A DNA stretch of 59,784 nucleotides from a bacterium (GCA_043803945.1 JAZDJN010000013.1:1-59784), one strand, 5' to 3'; shown: positions 1 through 10,081, counted from the first letter of the stretch. The notes: generated from the sequence alone by a model not told the origin. Translations and numbers: made by a program.

Positions 1-82
1 CTGAGATTGGATGTTAAGCCCACATAAATATAAAGGCGATGCAAACTCTTTATTGCGTACACAGTCCAACTCATACAATTTC

Positions 83-140
83 CCTGAAGCTAGCGCGCCT
101 GCCTGCCGGCAGGCAGGTCTGCCAATTCCGCCATCCGGGC
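83..140 (-). tRNA. 5' half of tRNA-Leu(CAG), truncated in the anticodon loop and interrupted by a 20-bp palindrome (att-like remnant)
   Basis: Minus strand reads GCCCGGATGGCGGAATTGGCAGA[CCTGCCTGCCGGCAGGCAGG]CGCGCTAGCTTCAGG. Without the bracketed insert it matches the bacterial Leu(CAG) D-arm and anticodon arm GGCGGAATTGGyAGACGCGCTAGCTTCAGG. No 3' half follows. Confidence 0.9.
98..117. repeat. Perfect 20-bp palindrome CCTGCCTGCCGGCAGGCAGG (REP-like micro-insertion)
   Basis: Self-complementary. Variants at 32909-32924 and 44867-44885. Confidence 0.9.
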
Positions 141-161
141 GTGAATAAAATCTTCATTGAG

Positions 162-190
162 AATGTAAGTTGAAAAGTGGAGAGATGCAA
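162..190 (-). promoter_or_regulatory. sigma70-type promoter for the tRNA-Leu 5' half
   Basis: Minus strand TTGCAT-N17-TACATT, 21 nt upstream of tRNA position 1. A homologous promoter lies at 33052-33080. Confidence 0.75.
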
Positions 191-555
191 TTAAGTGAGT
201 TGTATCGCGAGCTGCACAATTCATATGTACCCTGTGTTCTAAGGCTAGTGATTTTCAATTCTGTAATACGAGCTCTGTGTAGGAAGCGGCTCCGTCTTTG
301 GTGAGGAACCTCGTTTTGGGGGCTGGAGTAACAGCAGTAGGACCTTCCTTATGAGCCAACAATATTGAGTCTTCTTCAGAAAAAATCTCGTGTGAATAGT
401 TACTCATTGCCTCTTAAAGCATATTTGGCTGTGGGTGGGAGCGGGCCTGTGTTCTTAAAAGAATGTCGAACCTAGAGACCTGGCCGAAAAGTAGTATGGC
501 ATGGAATGCGCAGCTTGATTCATCATATTCCATCCATACCATAGGATACGCGAAA

Positions 556-2135
556 ATGCTTGGTAAACGATCTTCACAAGGTAATCTTTTCTCAAGTGAG
601 CAACAATATCTCTCATTTGTTGGAGAAGAAAGTCTCTATGGATATCTTGCGCTTCATCGCCATGAACTGTTTTCCGATGATGACTTTGCATTTTTATATT
701 GCCCTGATAATGGACGTAAAAGTGTTGCACCATGGATAATTGCTTGTGCTCTCCTTTTACAATGTTACGATAGAGTTTCTGATCAAAAAGCCATTGATCG
801 TGCCACGTTCGATTTACGTTGGAAGGTAGCGCTGAGCTTAGGGATTGATGAACATCCCTTTGCCAAGAGTACCTCGTGGCTCTTCCGTCATCAGCTCATC
901 ATTCATCACCAAGCGAAGCTTCTCTTTCAACAAGGGATCACCTCTCTAAGCCAACATGGATTTCTCGAGAAGCACAAGATTCATCTCGCCATTGATACAA
1001 GTGCGATCTTTGGAAAAGGTGCAGTTGAAGACACCTATAATCTCTTAGCGGAAGGACTTCGCCAGATGCTTCGAATCTTGTCGAACCTTGCTGCACAAGA
1101 GGTGGAAACATTCGCTTCCACCCATGACTTCAATCGTTATACCGCTCCCAGTTACAAAGACACGTGGGCGATCAACTGGGATGATTAGCGTGAACGCCAA
1201 ACCGTGGTAGAGAGCCTTGTTGCCGATTGTCACCGAGTGTTGTCTCTCGCTTCGTCTGTCCTCGATCAGTATCCTGCCTAGAGCGAATCAGCACAACAGA
1301 TTCTTGCTGTCACAGAGTTGTTGAGTAAACTCTTGATGCAAGATGTTCGCCAGAGACCAGGAGAAAAGGCTGAAATCATTGATGGTGTTGCACCTGACCG
1401 TATTGTCTCCGTCCACGATCCCGAGATGCGCCACGACCATAAAAGTGTCAGCAATCGCGTCGACGGTTATAAGGCATCAATTGCCGTTGACACGGAGAGT
1501 CAACTCATTACTGATGTTGACGTCCTTGCAGCAAATGTTCGTGACAGCACCAACGCATCGGCGCTGGTCGCAGAGTCTGCAAAAAATATTGAGCGACCGA
1601 TTAACCTTGTGATTGATGATGGTGCCTATGGTACAGTTGAAGCGCGCTTGGAAGCACAGGAACAAGGATATACGCTCATTGCTCCCGTGGGACAGATTGC
1701 ACCAACAGGTCGCTACACCAAAGAAGAGTTTCGTATTGATCTTCAGGATGACTGCGTAACATGCCCCGCAGGACAACGAACGAAGAGGTGGTACGTAAAG
1801 CCGATGCGCACAAAACGAGGAACGCTCTTTCACCATCGCCAGTTTTCGTTCTCTGTCAAACGGTGTCGTAGCTGTCCACTCCGAACACAGTGTCTTCCAC
1901 CCAGCATGCAACATCGCACAATCTTCTTCAACGAGCATGAAGACCTTTTACAGCAAGCACGATTCTATCAAAGAACAGATGAGTATCGAGAACTCTATCG
2001 AAAACGAGTTGTCGTTGAACATCGCATCGCACGATTACGTCGTCTTGGTTTCCGTAAAGCTCGATACTTCGGATAGAGTAATATACTCTTTCAACTAGCA
2101 ATGGCAGCAACCGCTGCGAATTTGACGCTCTTTCT
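556..2135 (+). pseudogene. IS1182-family transposase with three in-frame TAG codons (1186, 1279, 2074)
   Basis: ORFs 463-1188 and 1318-2076 share one frame. DUF772-like N-terminus (SDQKAIDRATFDLRWKVAL), DDE core (IVSVHDPEMR, GYKASIAVD, D.AYG), C-terminal CxxC motifs and YRKRVVVEHRIA..KARYFG*..LFQLAMAATAANL. Likely start ATG 556 after AGGA. Confidence 0.85.
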
Positions 2136-2716
2136 CCATTTGCTCGAAGCCTCAGGTCAAACCGGACAACGACCATTGATGTCATCGTTCCGGAGATCAA
2201 ACACGATTTCTTCGTATCGGCAATCAGCGGAATTGAAGAAATAGCTTATCATTCTGGATACACAATCATTGTTTGTCAGTCGAATAAGAGTTATAATTGA
2301 CAAGTGATCAATACAAATGCACTGATGCACCACAGAGTTGCAGGGATCATCATATCGATATCGCAAGACACAAGGTCGAGAGGTCACTTCCAGAATCTCC
2401 TTCAAAGAAAAATACCACTGTTTTTTTTGACCGTGTATACGAAAATGTCGATACAAGCAAGGTCATCATTGACGACGCGAAGAGTGCACGAATAGCTGTA
2501 CTTCATCTCGTTCAAAAGGGCTACAAACGAATTGCCTACTTTGGTGGACCGAAGGGACTCGGAATCTGCATCAGGAGGGAAAAGGGATACAGGGAGGTGT
2601 CGAAGGAAAGCGGACTTGCTTCGTCGATCGATTTGATCCGATATGGAGGTCTTCATGAAAAGGACGGATACAAGTCGATGGTACATCGACTCGCCAGGGT
2701 GGACTATTTTCGTTGA
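2136..2716 (+). pseudogene. LacI-family transcriptional regulator remnant lacking the HTH
   Basis: Reads ARSLRSNRTTTIDVIVPEIKHDFFVSAISGIEEIAYHSGYTIIVCQSN..RVAGIIIS..FFDRV..HLVQKGYKRIAYFGGP. Has a TGA at 2298 and a frameshift at the T8 run 2421-2428. The N-terminus is replaced by the transposase. Confidence 0.85.
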
Positions 2717-2852
2717 ATTGTTGATTCTGGTCGTCAGACTCCTTGGAGTCCAATGGACTCTTCGAGCGACCCGGCACACATGCGCCAGTAAGAGTTTTTC
2801 GAGATGCGCATTAGTTTGAGTTCAAAATAGACATTTAAGAAAGGAGAAATAT

Positions 2853-5843
2853 ATGCTTTCTTTTAGTCACCGACTTTTGGGAAAAACCGTTTTTCGTTGC
2901 TGCCTAGCTTTACTTTGTATTATGCAGTCAATGATGGCTGCAAATTCAGGCGACGTCAAAGGGAGAGTATACGATAAAGATACAAAGGATGTATTGCCGG
3001 GTGCCAACATTGTTGTAGTGGGGACCAGTTTAGGTGCTGCTTCAGACATGAATGGGAACTATGTGATCCGTGGTGTCCCTGTGGGTCCTCAAACATTGTT
3101 GGTCTCGTATGTGGGTTACAAGAAGACGACAGTTAAGATTGATATTAAGGAAGGCGGAATACTTCAACAAGATGTTTCCTTGGAGCCGGCCGCTATCACT
3201 GGTGAGACGGTGATTGTCACCGCCCAAGCTCATGGGCAAATGGAGGCGATTAACCAACAATTATCTTCAAATACAATTACCAATGTTGTATCGGCTGACC
3301 GCATGAGGGAAATTCCAGATGCTAATGCAGCAGAATCCATTGCACGTTTACCTGGAATATCAATCATAAGAAGTGGTGGTGAGGGACAAAAGGTAACCAT
3401 CCGGGGAATGGCACCACAATACAATATTATGATGGTTAATGGTGTTAGACTGGAATCTACTGATCGTAACAATCGTAGCGTAGATCTTAACATGATCTCA
3501 CCAAATATACTCTCCAGTATCGAAGTTAAAAAAGCATTGACTGCTGATATGGATGCTGATGCGGTTGGCGGAACGGTTGACCTTAAAATAGGAAAAGCCA
3601 AAGAAGAATTACATAGTAATTTTTCAATTCAAGGGGGTTATGGATCATTGGCAAAAACTTATGGGAATTACAGAATTAATGGTTTAATAAGTGGCCGTTT
3701 TTTTGACAACACGTTAGGCGTCCAGGCGTCAGGTTTTCTGGACAAATATAATAGAAGCTCCGATAGATTAAGTGCTTCATATTTTACAAATGAGCAATCC
3801 CAAATTAAGAACGGATTGCTAAAAATGTACTTGAACAATGTTAACATCAGTGATGTTGTAACTGACAGGAAAAGAGTAGGCGCCAGCTTGGTTTTGGATT
3901 ACAAATTACCTTTTGGTTCGTTAATGCTAAATAATTTCTTTAGCAGCATTAATGATCATAATATTGTACAGCAAAATAGTTTGACTCTAACAAATTACAA
4001 TTGGAGTGGTTATGCATCGGACAATGAGTTTACAAATACAGTAATCGGTAATGCGCTTCAGGGTGAATTTGAATTTTCCGGAATTAAAATGGATCTCTCA
4101 CTTTCCAATGCAATTACAAAGCAACGCAATCCCGGCGATTTGAGGATGGATATTGGACCCAGGACAGGTGGACAAAATATGTGGGGAGACTCACTTAAAG
4201 ACGATTTATCAGTAACCCCGAGTGAATTATTAAATGCATATTACGTTAATAGCGGAGCTACGGTAATAATGCAGAGATTGTACACGCTAAAGCGGGATGT
4301 TGATGAAACTGCACAATCGGCTGTACTTAATTTTCAGGTGCCTTTTAACGTTACTTATTACCTGGCGGGTAACCTTAAGTTTGGTGGTAAATATATTCGC
4401 AACACAAGAAAAAATGATGAGACACAATGGGGACTTAGTTTAAACAGTGACATAGCTGGCGTAACGTTTATTCCTCTCCTAAAAACTAATTGGCCTGATC
4501 TTGGGATAGGCGATGATAATGTTATCTATGCATCGTCATTTGGAGATCCGAAGTATGATATAGGCAATTTTCTTGCAGGCAAGGAAGGGGTTAGTAATAG
4601 AGTTTTCTATAATAAGATTTCAATTTCTAAAATACGTCGTTTGGAAGATTTGGCAAAGAACACCTACTTCGTAAGTTCGCTCGATGGGAAATCGTATCCT
4701 TACTATTTTTTTAATGCGCAAGCATCAACCCAATATGATTATCAGTTTACCCGGCATTTCGGTGCTTTTTATGCTATGGCTGAATTAAATTTGGGCACAT
4801 TTATCACGTTGCTGCCGGGAATACGATACGAAAGATATCAATACATTTATGATGCGGATTCTACGTTCGAACGAGCTACGCAAACTGTATTGGGTGCACA
4901 AGCATATGACTATAAGACAATTCACTGGGATTCCACAAAAGTGGGGACCTGGTTCCCCCAAATTCAGCTTCGTGTTAAACCGACAGATTGGCTGGACTTT
5001 CGGTTTGCAAGTACAAAAAGTATAATTCATCCGGACTACCGTGCTGTTTCACCGTATCTCTATTTTAGTTCAGCAGCATCTCCACAATATTTACAGATCG
5101 GTAATCCTTATCTTAGCCCCGCGATAAGTCAAAATTATGATATTTATCTTTCGGTCTATGAAAATACTGTCGGTTTATTTACAGCTGGATATTTTTATAA
5201 AAAAATAGACAATTTAATTGTTCCGATTACATTTTTAACAAGAGACGCTTCAAAGATCAATTACAGGATGCCATTAGCTTATAGTGTTGATACAGAGATT
5301 CGTACCTGGATTAATTTAGAAAAATCATCGTATGTAAAAGGTATTGAATTAGATTGGCAAACCCACTTTTGGTATCTTCCCTCCTACTTAAATGGTTTGG
5401 TTTTAAACATTAATTATACTCGCATTAAATCTGAATCGTACTATCCATTTCAAAAATCAGTGAAGGTGGGCCTTTTTGGATCAAAACTGATAGATACAAC
5501 CAGAACCGGTAGATTGATCGATCAACCAAATGATATCCTGAACTTAACAATGGGTTATGATATTGGTGGTTTTTCTGCCAGGTTATCATTTTTATACCAG
5601 GACAATGTGTTAAGAAGTTCAGATATAAAACAAGAGGAACTCGATGAATATACAAGTGCCTATTACAGATGGGACTTTACAGCTTTTCAAAAACTTCCCT
5701 GGTTAGAAGGACTTCAAGTGTATTTGAATGTGAACAACATTTCCGATAGACCTGACCGTCAATTCAGAAGTGTTTTGGAAAAACTGTCTAATGTGGAATA
5801 TTATGGTAGAACAGCAGATCTGGGAATTCGTTATTCGTTTTAA
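2853..5843 (+). CDS. TonB-dependent receptor (carboxypeptidase-regulatory-like N-domain, plug, beta-barrel)
   Basis: Signal peptide, GRVYDKDTKDVLPGANI N-domain, plug NVVSAD..PDANAAESIARLPGISI, C-terminal YYGRTADLGIRYSF. AAGGAG RBS. Confidence 0.93.
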   Translation: MLSFSHRLLGKTVFRCCLALLCIMQSMMAANSGDVKGRVYDKDTKDVLPGANIVVVGTSLGAASDMNGNYVIRGVPVGPQTLLVSYVGYKKTTVKIDIKEGGILQQDVSLEPAAITGETVIVTAQAHGQMEAINQQLSSNTITNVVSADRMREIPDANAAESIARLPGISIIRSGGEGQKVTIRGMAPQYNIMMVNGVRLESTDRNNRSVDLNMISPNILSSIEVKKALTADMDADAVGGTVDLKIGKAKEELHSNFSIQGGYGSLAKTYGNYRINGLISGRFFDNTLGVQASGFLDKYNRSSDRLSASYFTNEQSQIKNGLLKMYLNNVNISDVVTDRKRVGASLVLDYKLPFGSLMLNNFFSSINDHNIVQQNSLTLTNYNWSGYASDNEFTNTVIGNALQGEFEFSGIKMDLSLSNAITKQRNPGDLRMDIGPRTGGQNMWGDSLKDDLSVTPSELLNAYYVNSGATVIMQRLYTLKRDVDETAQSAVLNFQVPFNVTYYLAGNLKFGGKYIRNTRKNDETQWGLSLNSDIAGVTFIPLLKTNWPDLGIGDDNVIYASSFGDPKYDIGNFLAGKEGVSNRVFYNKISISKIRRLEDLAKNTYFVSSLDGKSYPYYFFNAQASTQYDYQFTRHFGAFYAMAELNLGTFITLLPGIRYERYQYIYDADSTFERATQTVLGAQAYDYKTIHWDSTKVGTWFPQIQLRVKPTDWLDFRFASTKSIIHPDYRAVSPYLYFSSAASPQYLQIGNPYLSPAISQNYDIYLSVYENTVGLFTAGYFYKKIDNLIVPITFLTRDASKINYRMPLAYSVDTEIRTWINLEKSSYVKGIELDWQTHFWYLPSYLNGLVLNINYTRIKSESYYPFQKSVKVGLFGSKLIDTTRTGRLIDQPNDILNLTMGYDIGGFSARLSFLYQDNVLRSSDIKQEELDEYTSAYYRWDFTAFQKLPWLEGLQVYLNVNNISDRPDRQFRSVLEKLSNVEYYGRTADLGIRYSF

Positions 5844-5966
5844 TGATGTGCAATGCTTCTTATCAAAACCTGTGCATAAAGGAGGTGATGTAGCGCAGAA
5901 ATGAATATCGTTCATTGTAAACAAGCCCATCTCACAATCAACCAACAACACTCAAGGAGTATATTT

Positions 5967-7673
5967 ATGAGAAAGCTATTTCCCATATTGTTTATATCCT
6001 TTTGCTGGCTTGGAGTAGCTATAGCCCAAACGACACTTGATCCAGGCAAGTATGTTAATATTCAAATAGCTGCTGACACTCTAGCAAACGGACAGCATAA
6101 TCCGGCAAAAACAGTGTATGTGGCACAGCCCGGACAAATCTATGCCTTTGATGGAACCCTGTTTGTCAATTTTCCTTTGGTAATACAAAGTTCTGATAAT
6201 ACCTGGATTTATAAGCAAGCTACACCGCCTATATTTTTGCAGGCACCGGGTACTGGTACCACTTCTAGATATTTTATTAATCTTAGGGCGGGAGGAAGCA
6301 TAACGGTAAGAAACATCCTGTTTAGTGCATTTATGGGTGATGGTAATTATCTCCTTGCAATGATTGAAAATGCGGCCGGTGATACGGTTATTGTTGATAA
6401 TTGCGTGTTTACCGACCATGATAGTCATGCACTCAAAATTACCGGAGCTGCGAAGAAAGTTTATGTAACCAACTGTCTTTTTATGAATGGTATTAGAAAT
6501 AGATTCAACCAGAGCGGGGGTATGCCCATCCGTATTGATGGAGCCGTTCCTGATATACTGTTAGAAAACAATACCTCGGTGAATATGGCCAGAGAGTTTG
6601 GTAATGGTGGTGAGAAATTTACATCCAACATAATAGAAAACCATTATACATACGTTAACATGCAGACAACCGGCCATGAACTTCATTGGTACTCAGGCTT
6701 ACAGGCAAATAATATTTACTATAATTGGTGTTGGACGGGACGCAAGACTACTACGAACGGCTATGAAACCTATTTTACATGTTGGCAGACCCATCTTAAT
6801 GTAAAGGCTAAGCTTGATTCTATTTCACTCTATAACGGAAGGAATCTATTCTACTTAGATCCTAAGTTCACAAATTATTGGAAGAATGATATGGCTTCCG
6901 ATTCTGTATATCAATGTCTATTGTGGAACCGAGATGTCGATTCCACTATTAGAGCGGATAACAACTTCAAAATCGGCAAGAGCTTCTGGCAAATTGATCC
7001 AAAGTTTACTAAAGCTCCAAATAACGTCGATAGTATGCTGGCATGGGTTAAAGGTTTTAGGGGTAAAACTCAACCTACCAATGCACCGAATTGGCGTATT
7101 ACGCCACCTATAACTTATAATCAGGGCAATCCAGTTTTAGCATGGCCACCGCCATTTAACCTGACCTATACGAATGATACGTTGCTGACAGCCGGCACAG
7201 ACGGGTTACCGCTCGGCGACCTGAACTGGTTCCCTGACAAGAAAGCAATATACATGACCAATAGGGCTAAATATATTGCTGCACTAAAAGATTCAATGTT
7301 AAACGCGAAGTATCTCTATGTTCCGGGTGACAGTGCATCGGCGTTGATTGGGGCGAAAAGCACCACCGGTGTTGAATCCAATAGTTCAACTATTCCAAAG
7401 CAATACTATTTGAGCGACAACTATCCGAATCCGTTCAATCCGAGCACAATAATTGAATTCGGATTGCCTGAACAATCAAATGTTACCTTAACCATATTCA
7501 ACATCTTGGGTCAAAAAGTATTCGAATTATCAACGAACTTTTTCTCTGGAAGTCATTCATACAGCTTCGATGCCTCTAAGCTGAGTAGCGGAGTGTATAT
7601 CTATAGTCTTAACGCTACCGGTGTTAGCGGAAAGAACTTTGTTCAATCCAAGAGGATGATGTTGATGAAATAA
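5967..7673 (+). CDS. Secreted right-handed beta-helix (pectin-lyase-like) protein with T9SS C-terminal sorting domain
   Basis: Signal peptide MRKLFPILFISFCWLGVAIA, ITVRNILF/VDNCVF/VTNCLF/LENNT repeats, DGLPLGDLNWFP, CTD LSDNYPNPFNPST..SSGVYIY..MMLMK. Start taken at ATG 5967 after AAGGAG. Confidence 0.8.
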   Translation: MRKLFPILFISFCWLGVAIAQTTLDPGKYVNIQIAADTLANGQHNPAKTVYVAQPGQIYAFDGTLFVNFPLVIQSSDNTWIYKQATPPIFLQAPGTGTTSRYFINLRAGGSITVRNILFSAFMGDGNYLLAMIENAAGDTVIVDNCVFTDHDSHALKITGAAKKVYVTNCLFMNGIRNRFNQSGGMPIRIDGAVPDILLENNTSVNMAREFGNGGEKFTSNIIENHYTYVNMQTTGHELHWYSGLQANNIYYNWCWTGRKTTTNGYETYFTCWQTHLNVKAKLDSISLYNGRNLFYLDPKFTNYWKNDMASDSVYQCLLWNRDVDSTIRADNNFKIGKSFWQIDPKFTKAPNNVDSMLAWVKGFRGKTQPTNAPNWRITPPITYNQGNPVLAWPPPFNLTYTNDTLLTAGTDGLPLGDLNWFPDKKAIYMTNRAKYIAALKDSMLNAKYLYVPGDSASALIGAKSTTGVESNSSTIPKQYYLSDNYPNPFNPSTIIEFGLPEQSNVTLTIFNILGQKVFELSTNFFSGSHSYSFDASKLSSGVYIYSLNATGVSGKNFVQSKRMMLMK

Positions 7674-7693
7674 GGACATTTGTCCTCCATGTG

Positions 7694-7742
7694 TTCTTGG
7701 AAAAGGGGTTGAGAGTGATTACTTTCAACCCCGATCCAAGAA
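7694..7742 (+). terminator. Stem-loop after the TBDR/beta-helix pair (terminator or mRNA stabiliser)
   Basis: TTCTTGGA..GGGGTTGAGAG-loop-CTTTCAACCCC..TCCAAGAA. No U-tract. Confidence 0.5.
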
Positions 7743-7875
7743 AATGAAACCGGCTGATTGATCAGGATGACGGCATTTTGGTTTGGCTACTCCCTCTTGG
7801 ATACATAAGAGGACCAAAACACAGACTGCTACAATACGTCAAATCAATAGCACATGTAGAATCCGGAAATCCACA

Positions 7876-9513
7876 ATGATAAGATCAAACGTTTGTGCTC
7901 TCGCTCTTCTCATCATTGTTTCAAGCACTCCTGTTATCTCACAGATCTATGTTGCCCCAAACGGAAGCGATTCAAATCCTGGAACGATTGAGCAGCCACT
8001 TGAATCTATACAAAAAGCACAAGGGTTGGCGAAGCCTGGCGACACTGTGTATGTAAGGGGCGGCATCTACAAAGTTCGGCAGGACCAAATTTCAAAAGTG
8101 GTGTCGAGTCTCTTTGCCTGCGTGACCTACTTGGACAAGAGTGGAACAGCAGGTCATACGATCAAGTATTGGGCGTATCCTGGAGAAAGACCTATTCTCG
8201 ATTTCTCCGCAGTAAAACCGGCAAACGCGAGAGTGGCAGGGATATATGTCGTAGGCAGCTATATTCACATTAAAGGATTGGAAATGACCGGTGTGCAGGT
8301 GACCATTACAACGCACACGGAATCCTACTGCATCTACAGCCTGGGGAGTCACAACATCTTTGAGCAGATAAGTATGTATGACAACGTGGGGACAGGCCTA
8401 CGACACTATAATGGAGGCTACAATCTGTTCTTGAATTGTGATTCATATAGAAACTGGGACAATGTTTCTGAAAACAAACTTGGCAGCAATACGGACGGTT
8501 TCGGCTGCCATCCGAATTCCAGCGGTGCGGGGAATGTCTTTCGGGGGTGCCGTTCCTGGTTCAATAGTGATGATGGTTATGATATCATTCGGTCAGGTGC
8601 GGCAGTTGTTTTTGATCGCTGCTGGTCATTCTATAACGGCTATTCGACTTCTTTTCAAAAATTGGGTGACGGGAATGGATTTAAAGCAGGTGGATACGCA
8701 TATGATCCTGCTAATAAGATACCAAATCCTGTCCCGAGAAATACAATTGAGTTCTGCATAGCAGTTGGAAATAAAGCAAACGGGTTCTACTCTAACCATC
8801 ATTTGAATGGAAACTACTGGTATAACAACACGGCGTACAAGAACGATATTAACTTCAATATGGTTAACCGTAAAAGCCCGGAGGCAGACAGCAGCATATG
8901 GGAATTCGGTTACAATCATGTCTTAGAGAACAACCTAAGTTATAAAGCAAGGAGTTCTGACACTGCATATATAAATACTTCGAAGAATACACTTTCACAT
9001 AACTCTTTTGATTCAGGCTTTAATCTTACCGATACGGACTTTGTGAGTTTTGATGAATCCCAATTGATGGCGCTGCGAAAGTCTGATGGCAGTTTGCCTG
9101 ATATTGATTTTATGAAACCTGCTACCGGCAGCAAATTAATTGATGCAGGAGTAGATATTGGATTTCCTTTCGCAGGCAAGGCTCCGGATATTGGTGCCTT
9201 GGAAACCGATCACCCTACCTTTGTCGAGTCACTCAAAAATACTGCACCTGACAATATTGTTTTGCATCAGAATTATCCAAATCCTTTCAATCCAGTAACA
9301 AACATCGTTTATGAAATCCCGTTTTCTGCAAATGTTCAATTATCGATCTACAATATGTTGGGTCAGAAAGTAAATACACTTGTCAACGAGACAGAAAAGA
9401 GAGGAACATACAGAGTTCAGTTTGAGGGAAGCAGTCTCTCTAGTGGTGTCTATTTTTACCGACTAACGGTTAGTGGTACTTCAATGGTTAAGCAATTTAT
9501 CCTATTACATTAG
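7876..9513 (+). CDS. PL9-family pectate/rhamnogalacturonan lyase with T9SS CTD
   Basis: IYVAPNGSDSNPGT..P, GNTDGF-like motif (SNTDGFG), NSDDGYD, GDGNGFKAGG, APDIGALE, then CTD LHQNYPNPFNP. Confidence 0.88.
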   Translation: MIRSNVCALALLIIVSSTPVISQIYVAPNGSDSNPGTIEQPLESIQKAQGLAKPGDTVYVRGGIYKVRQDQISKVVSSLFACVTYLDKSGTAGHTIKYWAYPGERPILDFSAVKPANARVAGIYVVGSYIHIKGLEMTGVQVTITTHTESYCIYSLGSHNIFEQISMYDNVGTGLRHYNGGYNLFLNCDSYRNWDNVSENKLGSNTDGFGCHPNSSGAGNVFRGCRSWFNSDDGYDIIRSGAAVVFDRCWSFYNGYSTSFQKLGDGNGFKAGGYAYDPANKIPNPVPRNTIEFCIAVGNKANGFYSNHHLNGNYWYNNTAYKNDINFNMVNRKSPEADSSIWEFGYNHVLENNLSYKARSSDTAYINTSKNTLSHNSFDSGFNLTDTDFVSFDESQLMALRKSDGSLPDIDFMKPATGSKLIDAGVDIGFPFAGKAPDIGALETDHPTFVESLKNTAPDNIVLHQNYPNPFNPVTNIVYEIPFSANVQLSIYNMLGQKVNTLVNETEKRGTYRVQFEGSSLSSGVYFYRLTVSGTSMVKQFILLH

Positions 9514-9571
9514 GACTTCTCTGAAAACTCAAAGCAAAAGGTTACCTTCACTTCGCTTTTAGAGAAGCCTA
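9511..9571. repeat. 61-bp inverted-repeat mini element overlapping the PL9 stop codon
   Basis: TAGGACTTCTCTGAAAA ... TTTTAGAGAAGCCTA (imperfect IR, TA at both ends). Confidence 0.5.
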
Positions 9572-9745
9572 ACAGTGGCAAGGGAACTAGATGAAAATCA
9601 GATATGTGCGACCTAATGTTCTCATAGCTTTTCTATTATTCACTTCTGAAATCCCTCGGTTCGATAGAAATCTACTTGTGAAGCAAAAATGCGTTCACCT
9701 TTTCAGTACATCATAAGTAAGAAACAGACAGCAATAGTCTGAATC

Positions 9746-10081
9746 TTGATTGTTTTCGGAATTACGCAGAGTCCGGTTTTCGCTCAGAACATCAGTCCGA
9801 TCAAGCTGTCATGGCTTGGTGGAAATCCGCCGTCACTGTCTGCAGGAGTAAGTTGGGGTGTGCCGTTGCCAGAAGGAAGACTCATGCCAACCACCGGTTT
9901 TTCGCTAAAAGATTCTCGATGGCAAGCACTACCGGTACAATCATGGCCGCTGGCGTATTGGCCTGACGGTTCACTCAAATGGGTGGGCTTGTGTACCGTG
10001 GTCGATACGAATGACGGCACTTCAATAGAATTCAAGCAATTGGGGCTAATGGGAAAAACTTTGTTGCATCTAAAAAAATGA
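9746..10081 (+). pseudogene. Truncated N-terminal fragment of a PL26/YetA-like lyase, paralogous to 21926-24655
   Basis: PIKLSWLGG..GVSWGVPLPEG..QSWPLAYWPDGSLKWVGL is nearly identical to the N-terminus of the 909-aa protein. Stops after ~110 aa. Confidence 0.85.

Noticed and set aside
1-140. Group I intron interrupting tRNA-Leu at the anticodon
   Set aside because: Sequence following the two halves is unrelated, no P/Q/R/S core elements were recognised, and the promoter is duplicated too, which fits att remnants better.
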